A DNA stretch of 64,000 nucleotides from assembly GCA_964036045.1 (NCBI GenBank), contig OZ038379.1:22258001-22322000 (forward strand), read 5' to 3'. Positions 21,047 to 34,476 of the stretch are shown here, one piece after another. The position numbers and the translations under genes were made by a program. A model generated the notes under the pieces. It saw only the letters and a program-made list of their open reading frames with translations. It did not search any database and was not told where the DNA came from. Every line of letters starts with the position of its first letter. Positions within the stretch are counted from its first letter, which is position 1. This stretch comes from Eutreptiella sp. 'Long Island Sound 2002' (taxonomy: Eukaryota; Protista; Euglenida).

Positions 21047-24000
21047 ATGAACAAATCCTTTCCAAATGTGTCACTACCCATTCATTTGCTAACCCTCACC
21101 CTACCTGGTGAGTCAATCCGTATCGTAGACTTGCGTCGGCGTGCTACACGGTGTGCCACAGAGGGGCCGGCTCCGCACCAAGTTCCAACCTCTTGGTACT
21201 CCGCCCCCTCCTCTCCCCTTCCTCCCTCGGCTTGATTACTTGAGGGAGTTCGACAAATAAGTGAGCCGCCACGCAAGATTGTGGCGATGGAGCACAATCT
21301 TTCTAGCATTGTGTCATGACTTCCCATAGAACAATGCCAAATGACTGCACCATCCTTGGACAAGGACATGGAGACCCGGGGCTTGGATTTGTCCACATAT
21401 CTAGTGGACAAACACAACGGGGCGAGCTACGCTCAACTGCAAGACATCAAGAAACAAGCACAAAGCGGTGCACAGGTGTCTCGTTTGCTTGAACCAATGC
21501 GTTCGACACATTTGACACACGCTTAAACCCCAACCGTTTGTCGCCGCAAATTCGGAGGTTTCGTTTGTTAGCGACAAGAAAGGATGTCAAAATTGTTGAC
21601 ACTACGTTCTCTCCAAGGTGCGCAACATCTCTTCCATAGTATCTATAATGGTAGCCTCGATGACTCTTATGGTGTGCACTGCACTTTAATCTCCAATTTG
21701 GTACCCTCCGAAGACCGCCTCCCGTCGTTCGCGAAATAACTTTCGTCCGGCGGCATACCCTACCTCACCTAGCTGGTCCAGGCCCATGGGACCATTAGGA
21801 CAATGCATCGGAGGGAGATTCGGGCTCTCGCGCATTGCCAACGCGGGCACCCCATACCCGACGTTGTCCAACCTCATCTTCCTCCGTAGGGTTGCAATAG
21901 GAAGCTCAATGACTTGGTCAAGGATAACATTGGATCCTTCGTGGCGTGTCAGGACCACCTCAACAAAATGTTTCGCCACCAAGACCTCGTCTTCCATGGC
22001 CCTGCCTTGGACACCCTCGGCAAGGCCTACGCTGGCATCACCGAGCATGCCTCTACAACCCTGGACCCCATCTTTGCGCGTAGTGATCAGGTCACGAAGA
22101 TCAAGTCCGCGCTAACGTGCTTGCACCGCTTCCAATACTACTTCCGCCTCCCTGCAGACATTCGTGGGCATATCCAACGTCGTGATTGGCATAGCGTCGC
22201 TCACGACTACAAACGGGCAAAGTCTCACGTCGCGCATGCTAAGGGCACGCAAATCTTCAACAAGGTGCGCACCCGCCGCGTCCCGCCCCGTCGATGCGTT
22301 CCATGCTCTGTGATCACAGCAAGAGACGTGTCCACACACCTCACCTTTGACACCATTTGTGTGTTGAACAAGCAAATGACTTCCACGGGCGCCCTCCACG
22401 GTCGTCTACTGATCAAAGCATGCATTTGGTGCCACTGAGACTGGTGTCAAAATGGGCATGGGAGGGAAGGCCCTTCGCCGCCATGGCGGCGAACATCGCA
22501 CACACCAAGTGGCCAAGCGCCAAAGTGCAGTGCGAAAACCAAATGACTTATGCCATCCCACGTAGTCAAGAGGTCGGGTGGCCTAAAGGTGCCCGCAAGA
22601 TGTGCATCCGGCACCCTTCGTTTGTAAACTCAAGGTTTTTGTGGGGATCCCTTTTGCCGGGGCTGTGCCATTTCTTCATTGCAATGCGTGTGCTTTGCTT
22701 CGCTTAACAAGATTGTCAGCATACAACCCTCAACTCCACCAGTGAACAACCTTTCATAGCCTTACACAACCTTCATGGACGTACAACGGCTCTTTGTTCG
22801 CCCACTCCAACACCCTCCAAGACCAACCCTTAACAACCCATCACAATTTCACTTGCCTCGGTGGCCCTCACTCAAATCATGAAATCTCAAAGCATACTTC
22901 TGGTACCTACATTCGGGGAGATCTTGATTGTAAGGTTAACACAAATTGAGTCAAATGCCCGTCGTGGTAGACCGCCGACATGATTGTTTTCTTGGTTGAC
23001 ATATTTAGCATATTGCTTGTGTGGGTGGTGAAAAACAAATGGTGGGTGCGCTGGACACCATGCTACTATGCTATACACGGTTCGAAATGGGTGTGAGAAA
23101 ATAACTTGACATATTTATGTACGGTATGTTGTGAATGGGCGTTTAGCTATGATTCCCTGGATAAAACCAAGAAGCGTGGATGTATTACATGTTGCATAGC
23201 AAATTTGATCCATGATGCAAGCGTGTAAGGTTGTTGAACCGAGCTTGATTTGCACCCGCACAACGCACCACTCAACACCACACCATCTACAGGTTTATGA
23301 ACAAGTGCAGATGCTTGTGGCCGATGTGCGGAACTTACTTTGTGAGGAACTGACGACTGCCTCGTTGTCATCATCCTCGGACCTATACATGCTGCTCACG
23401 CTCTTGTACAGTCTAGACTTGGAGCATAGTCCTGTGCTACATTACTTGCAGACCAAATGGGATGCCATCAACGCAAAATTTGGTGCGGCTACCGACCAGT
23501 ACCGCCGGGATCGCACCAAATTGTGGCTGCAAGGTGCTCACTCACTAACCCTAATCAAGACTGAATATTGGGACCGAGCTGGTGGGGGAGGGAACATCAG
23601 CTATGATTGGTGAAGGACATCAAGAATGATTCACACATTGATGGCTCTTGACAAAGTGAAATCAGCTTGCAAGTGAACCCCATCACCATGAGGCCCACTT
23701 TCAAGGCTTTTTGGACTTCTGAGGGGCCAAAATGCCCCTAAATGGGCTCAAAATGGGCTCATTTCACCCGTTTGTGCACCCCAAATGGTCTAGGATGAGG
23801 TTTGGAAAAATGCGTTTTTGACCCATTTTTGACCCATTTTTGGTCCCAAAACAGCCCATTTTCAAGGCATTTTGGGATTCTCGGAGGACCAAAATGGGCC
23901 ACCACAAGCTCAAAACGGTCCAAAAACACTTGTACATGGTCTAGGATCATTTTTGAGAAAAGTCATCTTTTTGCCCCTATTGGACGTTGTTGACCCATTT

Positions 24001-27000
24001 GGGCACCCACCTGTTTGGGCTTGAGCTTGCAGCTTGCTGCAGCCGAGTGGGCCTAGGTATTGGGGTCTAGGTGTCCGTTTGGGCAATTCTGAGGGGTGGA
24101 AACCACAAAAAGTGGGGGGTTGCGGGTGGAGTAGGTGCCCTCGGAATCGCATTTTGAGCCATGTAGCCAAAGATATGGCCTTTTCTTGGTTTTTGGCTGT
24201 CGGCATTTGGAGCTTCTGGGGGCCTTTTTGGGCCGTTTCCGGGACATATCATGGAGTTAGAGGGCCGCAAAGAGCTCGTTGACACGGGGAAGTCAAGCCG
24301 CAGGTGCAGTGTACCCACCGTTTCCCTTCGTTTGGCCGTTTTGAATGTGTTCCAGGGCTTTTTTGGCCCAAAAATGGCTGTTTTTGGCCCTAAACTGCAG
24401 TTTTTGAAACTGAGGTCCGCCACTTGCGAATCCCGTTCCCGGCCGCCACCGTTGTGTTTCTGGCTCAAACTTTGTGTGATTGTACTTCACACCCATAGGT
24501 ATCATCCACCAAAATTTCACTGAAATCCAAAGCACCACGACGGAAGACTGATTTTTACCCATTTCGCGCGTGCTGTTGCTTGCTGCTTGCTGCTGTTGCT
24601 TGCTGCTTGCTGCTGTTGCTTGCTGCTTGCTGCTGTTGCTTGCTGCTAAACCTGGTAGGTCCACCCTAGACACTAAAAAGGGTTATAAAACCAAGACTGG
24701 TTCCACCAGCTCGGTGACCCTGACCCTACCCCTAGCCCTAACCCTAACCAGGATTGAATATTGGGATCGAGCTGGTGGGGGAAGAACATCGTGTAGGAGA
24801 CTTCAACAACAAATGAGGTGCGCCCTTGAAACTCGATGAGAGCAGCTCAAAAGGGGCTCAAAATGGGCTGTATTCATCCGTTTGAGCACCACAACTGGAC
24901 TAGGATCATTTTTGGAGAACCATGGTTTTGACCCGTTTTTGAGCCATTTGTGGCCCCAAATTGACCCATTTTCAAGGCCCTTTCGGCCTTGAGAGGGGCC
25001 AAAATTGCTCAACATGGGCTCAAAATGGGCTCGTTCCACTTGTTTGTGCACCCTAAATGGTCCAAATCCATCCATTTTTGACTGATTTTTAGTGCCAAAA
25101 CAGCCCATTTTCGAGGCATTTTGTGACCTTGGAGGGCCAAAATGTCTTGCAATGGGCTCAAAAGGGGCTCATTTCACTTGTTTGTGCACCCCAAATGGTC
25201 CACGATCAATTTTTGGAACAACACATTTTTGACCCATTTTTTGACCCATTTTTGGTCACAAAACAACCCATTTTCAAAACATTTTGCGACTTTGGAGGGG
25301 CCAAAATGGCTTGCAAATGGGCTCAAAATGGGCTCATTTCACTTGTATAGGCACCCCAAATGGGGGGGACCTTGTTGGCCCATTTTGGCACCCACCTCTT
25401 TGGGCTACCACTTGCAGCTTGCCGCAGCCCATTAGGCCTAGGTACGGGGGTCTAGGCATCGGTTGGGGCAAATTTGAGGGGTGGAAACCACCAAAAGTGG
25501 GTGGTTGCGGGTGGATTAGGTGCACTCGAAGCCGCGTATTGAGCCACACAGCCCAAGATATGGTCCATTTTTGGTTTCGGGCTATCGGTGGCCAATGTGC
25601 ACAAATTATGGGGCTTTTGGGGGCCTTTTGGGGGCGGTTTGCGGACATATTGTGGAGTTGAAGGGGCCCCAGAGGGCCCTTTGGCACGGGGAAGTCTAGC
25701 TGCATGTGTAGAGAAGCCACCATTTCCCTTCATTTGGCTGGTTTTAGCAGGTTCTAGGGCGGTTTTGGGCAAAGAAAGGCTGATTTTGGCCCTACATTGC
25801 AGATTTTGAAATGGAGGTCCGGCACTTGCAACGCCCGTTCCCAGCCGCCACCATTGAGTTTTTGGCTCATACCTTGTGTGGTTGTCCCTCACACGCATAG
25901 GTAGCATCCACCAAAATTTTGGCGGAATCCGAAACACCAATGACGGGTTGTGATTTTCCCCCATTTCGCGTGTGCTTGCTTGCTTGTTGCTTGCTTGCTT
26001 GCTGCTTGCTTGCCAAACCTGTTAGGTCCACCCTAGACACTAAAGAGGGTTATAAAACCAAGACTGGTTCCACCAGCCCGGTGTCCCTAACCCTAACCTT
26101 GGAAGCAGCCTGGGGGCAGCGCCCCACGGTAAGGGGGGTGGAGGCTTCGACATTCCTGATTCTCACAACGGGAGCGGTCTTCACGGGGTTGGGCGACGGG
26201 GGCTGTGTTGTGTTGTGTTGTGTCGTATCGTGTTGTGGTGTGTTGTGTCGTATTAGTAGAATGGCGGCAACGCATACACCGCCCACATGGTTTCTTTTTC
26301 TACAAAAAAAAGCTGAACAGAATGGAAGATGGTTTTGGCGTCGACAGTGGGGTCAATGCACAGTCAATGGGAATCATGGAAGAGGGGCTGGGGGGAGGGA
26401 GGCTCGTCGATGTTGGTCGCATGAAAGGGGGAGGGGGGGGCTGGGATCGTGCAACGTCAACTCCGGGTCAACTACGGGGCAAAGGTCCGCAGGGGAAATT
26501 GTCGCGCGACTGGAGGTGGATTGGATTGGAGGTGTCATGAGGGGTGGACGGGAGGCCGACTGGAGGTGGCAGTGGAGGTGGACCGGAGCACGCACCACCT
26601 ACTTGTCGGCACTGGCTGCAACAGTCTGAAATTCGCCAAGGCGGGTTGGAACGGTTTTGTAGGGTCTGGAAGGGAGGGGGTTGGGGTCTGGTGTTCGAAC
26701 AGGGTGCCAATTTTCACCTCCGGTACAATCGTTGGGCTCTTCGCAACTGGGATTGAAAATGTAACAGCCTTCCAAACCAAACCAAAATAGAGCCCAGCGA
26801 AGTGGCGAGCTGTGCTGGCGAACACCGCCGCACCATCACAACCAGAGCCCCTGATGCTGGGGGGCAACGTGGTTAGCAAATCTTGAGCAGCGCTTCCCCC
26901 TCTTGCGGAGCTGCAGTGTGGTTGACGGGAGGAGGCTGAGCGGAGGCTGACGTGCGGGGCCCAAGGGCAAAGGATTGGCACCCATCATCCCTTCGCCCAA

Positions 27001-30000
27001 GGACGAACGCACCCCTGGCTCTCTGGTCCCTCGCACTACTGTGGCTGTTGGGATGCTTCAACGCACTGCTCTTTGTGCTCAGCCGAGGCTCAGTGGGATG
27101 CGCCAATGCCCCGGCGCCCCGAAAGTGACCTGCCGATCAACAGCTCCTTTGCTTTCGGCTGCGATTCTGACGCTGCAATGAATATCACAGAAGATGAACT
27201 CGACAAGGCCCCAGGAGCTGCGCAGGCATCGTTGAGATTTGTCACTGATCTGACAGATATCATGCGTGCCGAATTGCGCGCTTTTTGGGATCTGATGGCG
27301 AGAGACGTCTATCAAGAAGGCAAGTACGAGCAGATACAGGACGAGGTATGAGTAGGGAAGGCTTGTCGGCTGAAGGGAAGCGAGGCTGAAGGAGGGCGAT
27401 GTCCTAACACACGTTCTGGGGTAAATTGTATGAACCGCAACGGGGACAGCACCCATTTCCCATCCATCACTCCATCTCCGCCATAACCTCGACAGCTCCC
27501 ACAGTGTGATGTCTTGCCGTTCCAGGGCGTCCTCTCCAGGTCCAAATCCCTCCAACCAAAAAAAAAACTACCAGCCTTGGACTACAACTCGAACGGTTTG
27601 AGGGCTAAACTGAGACCACCTCAACCACTTTTCCGAGGGGGGCGGAATCCTGCCAATTCGTGCTGCTACGTGTTGCATGATTCATGCAGAATGGGCAACG
27701 GTGTGAAGGCGGTAGCCTGTGCCAACCCCTGCCATGTTGTCTGCCAGCATGTGGAGGAAGACCTACACAAGTGCATAGAGGATATGGTGCAGCAGATCAC
27801 TGACACTTATGCTGGCCTGTGCCGTGGCGCAATTGCTGTCATCGACACATATGGGACAGGAGCATTGTGGGCGGATGCGATGTCTGAGATTCTAAGCTTA
27901 CCCTGCGCAATGCAAGATTGTGGCTGCTGTGAAGAGTACACAAAGCCGTTGGATGCTCTTCATAGCGACATGCGGTCGACTTTTTTGGCTAAGTTTTTCT
28001 CCAATACTTTGGAAGAGATCCGAGGTATCAATTTCCTTGATGCTCATTGCGGTTGTGGTCGCTATTCACTTTTGCCTCCGAACACTCCCCTGCGCGGTTT
28101 GCTCTGGAGAAACAGAACATGGACCTGCGAAACGGAGCTTTATACCCGTTATGGCTTTGGCATATCAACAACATCTCTCCTCATGTATTAGATCAAGTTC
28201 AAAATAAAAATCGAAACCGGAGATGCACAGAAATTTTGCGACCATGGCCAGGAATTTTACGAAAATTGCGTGTAGGCACCCTGTTGGTCCCCGAGGCAGC
28301 GAGGGTTGCATGGCGACATTGTGAAGGCGAGCAATGTGAGGTCTGTCAAGGTCGTGGAACGCCAAGTCTTGCAGGATCATGAGTCCACGCAGAATTGCTT
28401 ATGTGAGGTCGGGCACATGCCTTTGCCAGCGGTCCAAACGGAAATCCTCTGTGCGCCGACACAACTCGGCTGTTCGGGTATCCAGCGGGTCCCTGAGCTC
28501 ATCCACAGTGGCTAGTGAGGCTTTCAGGTTGATCTTGTGGAGTTTGGCAAGTCTACTATAACATGCGGGATGTCAAGAATGGGAGGACATGTTCAAGCTT
28601 CTCCTCTACAGTTGAGTCCCAATGTGGTGCACGTGCTTCTGGTCCAGTAAGATTTACTCCTGTAACAGATGCCACACATCATGGAACTAGTTTAGTAGAT
28701 TTGAGGTGGCCCGCATCTGCACATCTATCACACTACCCTGGGCACTGTGTCAAGCCATGCACGCAGGTCATTGTGCTTGGGGTAGGGGCCTAGCTGCTAC
28801 CTCGTACACTTCCGGAGACACGAGATTGACCTCAATGAGGCACTTTCACGTGCATGTGAGAGGAAATTTGCTTTCTTGCCATGGTCATGGACAATCCCGC
28901 TGAGGCTATGCGGTGGCTATGTGGTTCAGAACATGATAAGATCCAATACCTTCCGGACACAAACTTTACAGCCAAATCACAGCACATATGCACTGCCAAT
29001 GTAAAAAGGCAAGGCTTTGTGATCTATTGCTTTTATTACAATGCATTTGATTGAGCTCTACCCCCCGCCCCCCTTATGAATATAACACGACAAAATAATA
29101 TCACGCACACATGATATTATTTTCTCTCTCTGAAATAGTGTCACGCACCCCCAACATGAGCACTGGAGGGCTATGCACTGCACAGATTTGCGGGCTGACT
29201 GAAGAGGTCGTCACATTGTTTAATTTTTGGAAAGGAATGATGCCATGGACAATTGCCTAGTCACAGGTTTGTGCTGTGCCTTTGGCTTTGGTTTTGGTGG
29301 CAGTGCATCACCAACTGGCGCAGCAGGGGGTAAAAATTGGAAAGGCACATGCAAATTGGCCTTTGTTGGGTCGATATAGCCCAACTCTTGGAACACTTTC
29401 AGCGCATCCAATGTGCCTGTAGCTAATACAAGCCCATTGCCCAAAAAGCCCAAAAATCTACAAATAAGTTACCGGCCTGAGCAGCAATGGGCCTGCGTTT
29501 CCCCTCCATGTGTGCCACATATAAGCGGTGATGTGTTGTCCTGTACAATGCAGCCAGGGCTATGTCAATTGACTGGACAAACATGGTCAAAGCACCCGGT
29601 ATGATATCATATTAAAACCCGGCATACCACAGGTTTGCAGTCTGACGTCGTCTGGCAGCAGCACTATTACACAATTGGTTCCCATCGCGTGAAGTGCACC
29701 CACCTGCCTATCGCGTTCCGCGACGTCATGCAACGGTGGATGGCCCTGGGAGCGCAACGAATTCGCGCCGAAGTGGACGTGTTCCGAGGCCTATTTGTGG
29801 AAAGCCACCAGGCGTTCGTTGACGTCATCATGCAGCTGGCCATTGCCGCGGAAATGGCGTACACTAATGAGTACGTGAAAGGTCCTGCCTCAGTGGCGTA
29901 GGGGCAGGACAACACCCGGAGTAGGTACTGAGGCTGTGATGAAGGGCTGCGCGAGGTATTTTGGGGTAGTGTTGGGCTTAGCAGAGGAAGATATCGCGTT

Positions 30001-33000
30001 CTTCAGACCTTTCTTTTCCCTGGCCCGCCCCCACCGCAACAACGTGCAGAGCACTTCCCCACCGACCCGAGCAGCCCCGACCCCAACTGCCGTCACATCT
30101 GCATGCCCCCCCACTTCGGCGCCCTGGACACGAGCAGGAAGCGTCCCTCAGACACGCAAGGTATGACACGTTATGCAATGTCGAGACGGACCCAGACCCT
30201 GAACATCGCCGCAAACATCATCCCTCAGTGGCAAAGTGTTAGGGGAATGGTGGACAAACTGGGGGAGGAAGCAACGGGGGCACGCTGAAACCGCGGACCT
30301 CAAAATTGCGCAAACAGGGACCCCAGAACGTCCATGGAAACACTATGAGAGTTTGTCCGGGGCGTCTCGAGCACTCTCTTGTGCCCCGGGCTGTTCGCCG
30401 TGTCGACGGATCGCTTCGCTGTTTGGTTGTGTCTGGGGCCCCTGCTTTTCTGCACCTCCTGAGGGCGGTATGGATATATGACGTGGCATCGAGAGAGGGG
30501 TTCGCGTTGCAGATACAGAGCCCCAGACCGGCGGTTGCGCGGTCAGCGCACTCGGCCCACACAATTCGGCGCTGAATGAGCCCCGTACCATACCTCTGAG
30601 GCATTGCGTGCGAATTCGTTACGTCTGATGCATAGAGGTGCGCCCAGCGACCCCCTGAGGCATGTCTGACGCGGAATGCTCGTGGCAGGTCTGCGGCAAT
30701 GTTGGGCCTACAGTCGCACCACCAAAGAGCGTCAAACGCAGAGGCCTTGGTAAAAGAAAGGAACAGCTGCGAGTGCACTGGTCATCACAATGAAAGGCCA
30801 CATTTCGCCATAACCCCCCCTTCACAAAAAAACCGCAGCCAGCCCCCCTCGGGGACTGGGCTGGAGGCCCATTTATCAGTTTCCTCGGAGGAGTACCCCT
30901 CCCCTGCCCCCTCCCCTCACCTCCCTGTCAAAATCAAAGCACACACCACGTTCCCAAGCGCACAATGCACACGAAGTTATCCGGCGATGAGGCGCACATG
31001 CACGGCAGTGCCTACCGTCCCCCGCTGCTGCGCTTGCCCCCGCATCTGAAGATCGTGACAACTCTGCCGTGGCCGAAGATCCTTCAGACCGCCTTGTCAT
31101 GCTCCTCACGGACTTGTGTGTGTTCCGTCGTGTGATCCTGCAGCAGCTCCGGACTTCATTTGAAACCACCTTTGAGGCTGAGGAGGTCTGCTGTCTCCCA
31201 TATTCCAATGCGCATCCCAGAGAAACCAAGTTAGCGTACAAACCTGCAACTCGCAGCACCAATCCTCAGACAAACGATTGAATGAATGCGTGAATGAACA
31301 AGGCACACGTGCACCTGCAGTCGAAAGGAACAAGAGCTTGTGGGATTCAGTCCGTTTCATGCGGTGATGGGGGCGTGGCGTTCGTCTGGAGGGGAGGGGG
31401 GGCATTGCCAGTCCGAATGGCAGCGAGACAGTGCAGTGTTAAGACAGGACTTGGCAGTAAGGGCCAAGTTGGCATTGGAGAGGGCGTGGCATTGAGAGAG
31501 GGCGTCAAGAGAGGGCATCGCTTCCGGGAGCCCGCCACTGAGCTTGTGACACTGCCGCTGGCGAGGGTCGTTGGACGCAGTTCTTTCTAGGTCTCCGTGT
31601 GAAATGCCCCTTTCCCCTTTCCCCCAACCAAAAGCAAGCGTCGGACCCCAGGCTAGCGGCTGTGCGGCCAACACAATTCTCCGCTGCATTCTGTCTGCCT
31701 GTGCCCCCCTTCATGCCATGGTACCGTCCGGGGCATCATCACCGACTGCTGCACCGGTGGTGTGCGCCGCGATTCAATTCAGCTTGCAGGTGTCGGCCCG
31801 CGCATTTGTTCGAATGCTGTGAATCTGCTGTCCCATCACACCACGTCCCCCCTTCCGCACACGCACGTTGAAGCTGAGAGTCAGCAAACAAAGGAATGTC
31901 GAAACGAACAGATTTGAGCTGGACCTTGCAGACCGCGCGCACACATCTTTCATGAACCTTGTATTTCAGTGGCACCCCGCTTTCATTGGGTCCATATGGC
32001 CGGTCGGCTCAGGGCAGTGACAGCTTTTGGTTTGTCCCGATCCCCACCGGCTTCGCCCTTCTATGCCCAGTGCCATGCCCCAAATATCCGACGGCCACAT
32101 CTTTTGGCAGGAAGTACCCATCCAAAATGTTGAACAGGCCATTGGCTTGGCTCACGAGATCATACGGTCCAAGTACGTGAGCTGCAGATTGCTGACCATT
32201 ACCCCACTGATTGTGGAAAAGGTGTGGCGTATATTCTCCCATGTTTCCCCATTTCTCACCATCCAAAGTTCTTATGTTGTGAGTTGGTGAGTTCAGCGGC
32301 GGTTAGTGCGGATGCTTGACGCTAGGATTGTGTTACTGACTGCATTGTGCCTGCCTCTCCCTCTATTCCCAGGCGTTGGCTCAGAGGGAAGGAGGGATCG
32401 AACCCGGGGTCACGCGCGGTTGAGTGTCCATGTTTTCAAATGGGCGGTTCAAACGCACGTATCGGGCTCCATGTTGGCTTTTGGCTCTTGTGACGTTTCA
32501 GGCCTTTTTCAGACCAGAGATTACTGACTGCCACATGGCGCACCCCAACGTGCGGCCCTATGTCTTCACACTGCTGCTGGAGTTGGCCTTGACATTCGAG
32601 CGGTTAGAGCGTTTCGCCACGTCATACCGTGACCTGATCGTGGATAAGGTCATGCAAGGTATTGCCCCGCCGCGTCCCGATCGTATTTGGGAAGAAACAA
32701 CTAGAAGGGCCATGATGCCCCCGGGTACAGCACCAGCGAGCGCGGCCCCAACTTCATGGGAGGGGATTTCGTGGCTTTCAAACGGGCCACAGCCGACCTG
32801 ACGTGGGGCGAGACGCTGCAGAATGTGTCCTTTTGTTTGGTCGCTCCATCACAACATCACCAACCCGGGGGTGCCACAGAGTTTCCGAGGCCACCAGAAA
32901 CCTTTTCCGCCCTTTTCCAAAAAAACAAAAACAAAAGGCCACAAACTGCAGGGATCGCCCATTCCGCACAATCAATCGACTGCATTCCCCAACAATGGGA

Positions 33001-34476
33001 GGGGTCTCGTGTTGGAGTGTGGTTCGAATGGAATGGGGCGCGTGGGAGTACTGAATGTACCATGCTGCTGAGTGAGTGCTGGTGGCATGTTGCGGAGTGT
33101 GCTCATCGGTGCCAGTTCTATTGTTTGTATGGGAAGGGGGGGGGGCAGACCGGATGTGAACGTTGACCTCTATCAGAGCATCCGACCTTCTCTGGTCCAC
33201 GGATTCCTGCGTCTGCATCGGGTGCTGGAGGAGAAAGAGGTATGCTGACATATTGTAGCCCGAAGCTACGGATTACAAGGGCGTGCTCTATTCATCTGCC
33301 ATTGCGCCGTGGTCCCGAAATGTCTTTGATTCAGGCCCACACCCCATTTCCCGTTGCACACTGCAGTTGGGGTGGGATGGAGCCCCTCTTCCCATGGGTC
33401 GTAGTTGGTCTGCACGCCCCAAAGAATCAGTGGGATGGGTCGGGGGGGTTCATATCACCTCACCTCAAAGGAGTCGTTGGATGCAAACGGGCCGGTCTAT
33501 ATGCAACACAGAGGCGTCGTGCGGCAGGGCTGAAGTGTGCGGAAGGGGGATTCCTGTGGCTTCGAGATTCCTTTGGCTCATTGACATTGTGAATCTATGG
33601 TCAGCCAAGTGCTCACGGATATGGTGACGGCTGGTGGTTGGACCCAGGGCTTAAGGAAGTGGGTCGGAACGCCTTCCCCAAATATCTTGTCCCTCGTGTG
33701 ACAACGCAGGGCTTGGCGATAGCGTTGAGAGCTCGCCACGAGTGTTTCCCTTGTTGTTGCACAAAGTAGGCGGTTCTCGAGGTTCTTACCAGTGATGGAT
33801 GCAAGATTAACGTGTTTGGCCAAGCTTAGGTCCGGGTGACAGTATGGTGGTCGCTGCCGGCTGCCGGTGTTGCGGCGGACCGATATCATTACCGTAATTG
33901 GGGTGGGGGTGGGGGGCTCTTGTTATCCATTCCTCGTTTCGACATCAACAGCGCGTCCGGGCAGGTGTCAAATCATTGTACAATGGCCGGGCTACATTTC
34001 GCCCATTGCTGGCCCCAAACCGCTCACGCGCTACCTCGCAGGCCTTCCCAGGCGGCCCCAAAGGCTTCCACCCTCGCCGCTCAGTGCGACTGCGCTTCGC
34101 TCTTGCCCCCTTCCATCTGCCCCCGCCACTCAGCAGACCCATCTTCAGCAGCTGCCCAGCAGTCCGTTGTTCCTCAGGTCTGACTGACTCAATGGTCTGC
34201 ACATACCTCTTCTGCGTGGAGCAGATGGATTTCGGTGACCCCAAGGGCCCTCGTGCGCTGTGCAACACTTTGCAGCTGGAGGCCGAGATTGAGTTCCTGC
34301 AAAACTGTCTGGAGCCCTTCAAAGTCAACCGCTTGGCTCTGCAGTCCCTTTACGCACAGCTCCGCTCGCGCTACGAAGTTTCTGTGGAAGAAAGGGGAGC
34401 GAGGACGCAGACCAAGAACAAACTTCTGATGACTGCACAGAGCAGCTGCAAAATGATCACGCAGTGCTGGGGATAA
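21047..34476 (+). CDS. SEC5: Exocyst complex component Sec5/EXOC2, ~825 aa
   Basis: Phase-consistent GT-AG model join(21047..21107 [uncertain first exon],21330..21475,21890..22264,23293..23533,27083..27345,27748..28024,29633..29870,~29985..30160,31052..31185,32111..32221,32502..32658,34178..34476). Sec5-like motifs: LVKDNIGSFVAC, RFQYYFRLP...DYKRAK, VRPYVFTLLLEL, LQLEAEIEF and C-terminal KMITQCW-stop. The acceptor near 29985 has alternatives at 29982 and 29991. Confidence 0.85.
23545..24748. mobile_element. Non-coding element, copy 1: subterminal inverted repeats, central tandem repeats, microsatellite, telomeric-repeat end
   Basis: 13-bp IR accgagctggtgg (23573-23585) / ccaccagctcggt (24703-24715). 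Hairpin aacca-agac-tggtt at 24689-24702. (gctgctt/gctgtt)n at 24571-24646. Ends in ccctga-ccctac-ccctag-ccctaa-ccctaa. Confidence 0.75.
24749..26098. mobile_element. Same element family, copy 2, head-to-tail with copy 1
   Basis: Same start (ga(t/c)tgaatattggga-cgagctggtgggg), IR at 24766-24778 / 26070-26082, more copies of the ~150-bp internal ggctcaaaatgggc...ttttgacccatttt unit, microsatellite at 25972-26012, and a ccctaaccctaacc end. Confidence 0.75.
29220..29453 (-). pseudogene. Antisense ORF fragment in a Sec5 intron ending in a PIP-box-like motif (captured or TE-derived)
   Basis: ...LKVFQELGYIDP...KPKPKAQHKPVTRQLSMASFLSKN-stop. QLSMASFL fits Q-x-x-[ILM]-x-x-F-[FL]. No upstream coding continuation could be established. 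Confidence 0.35.
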
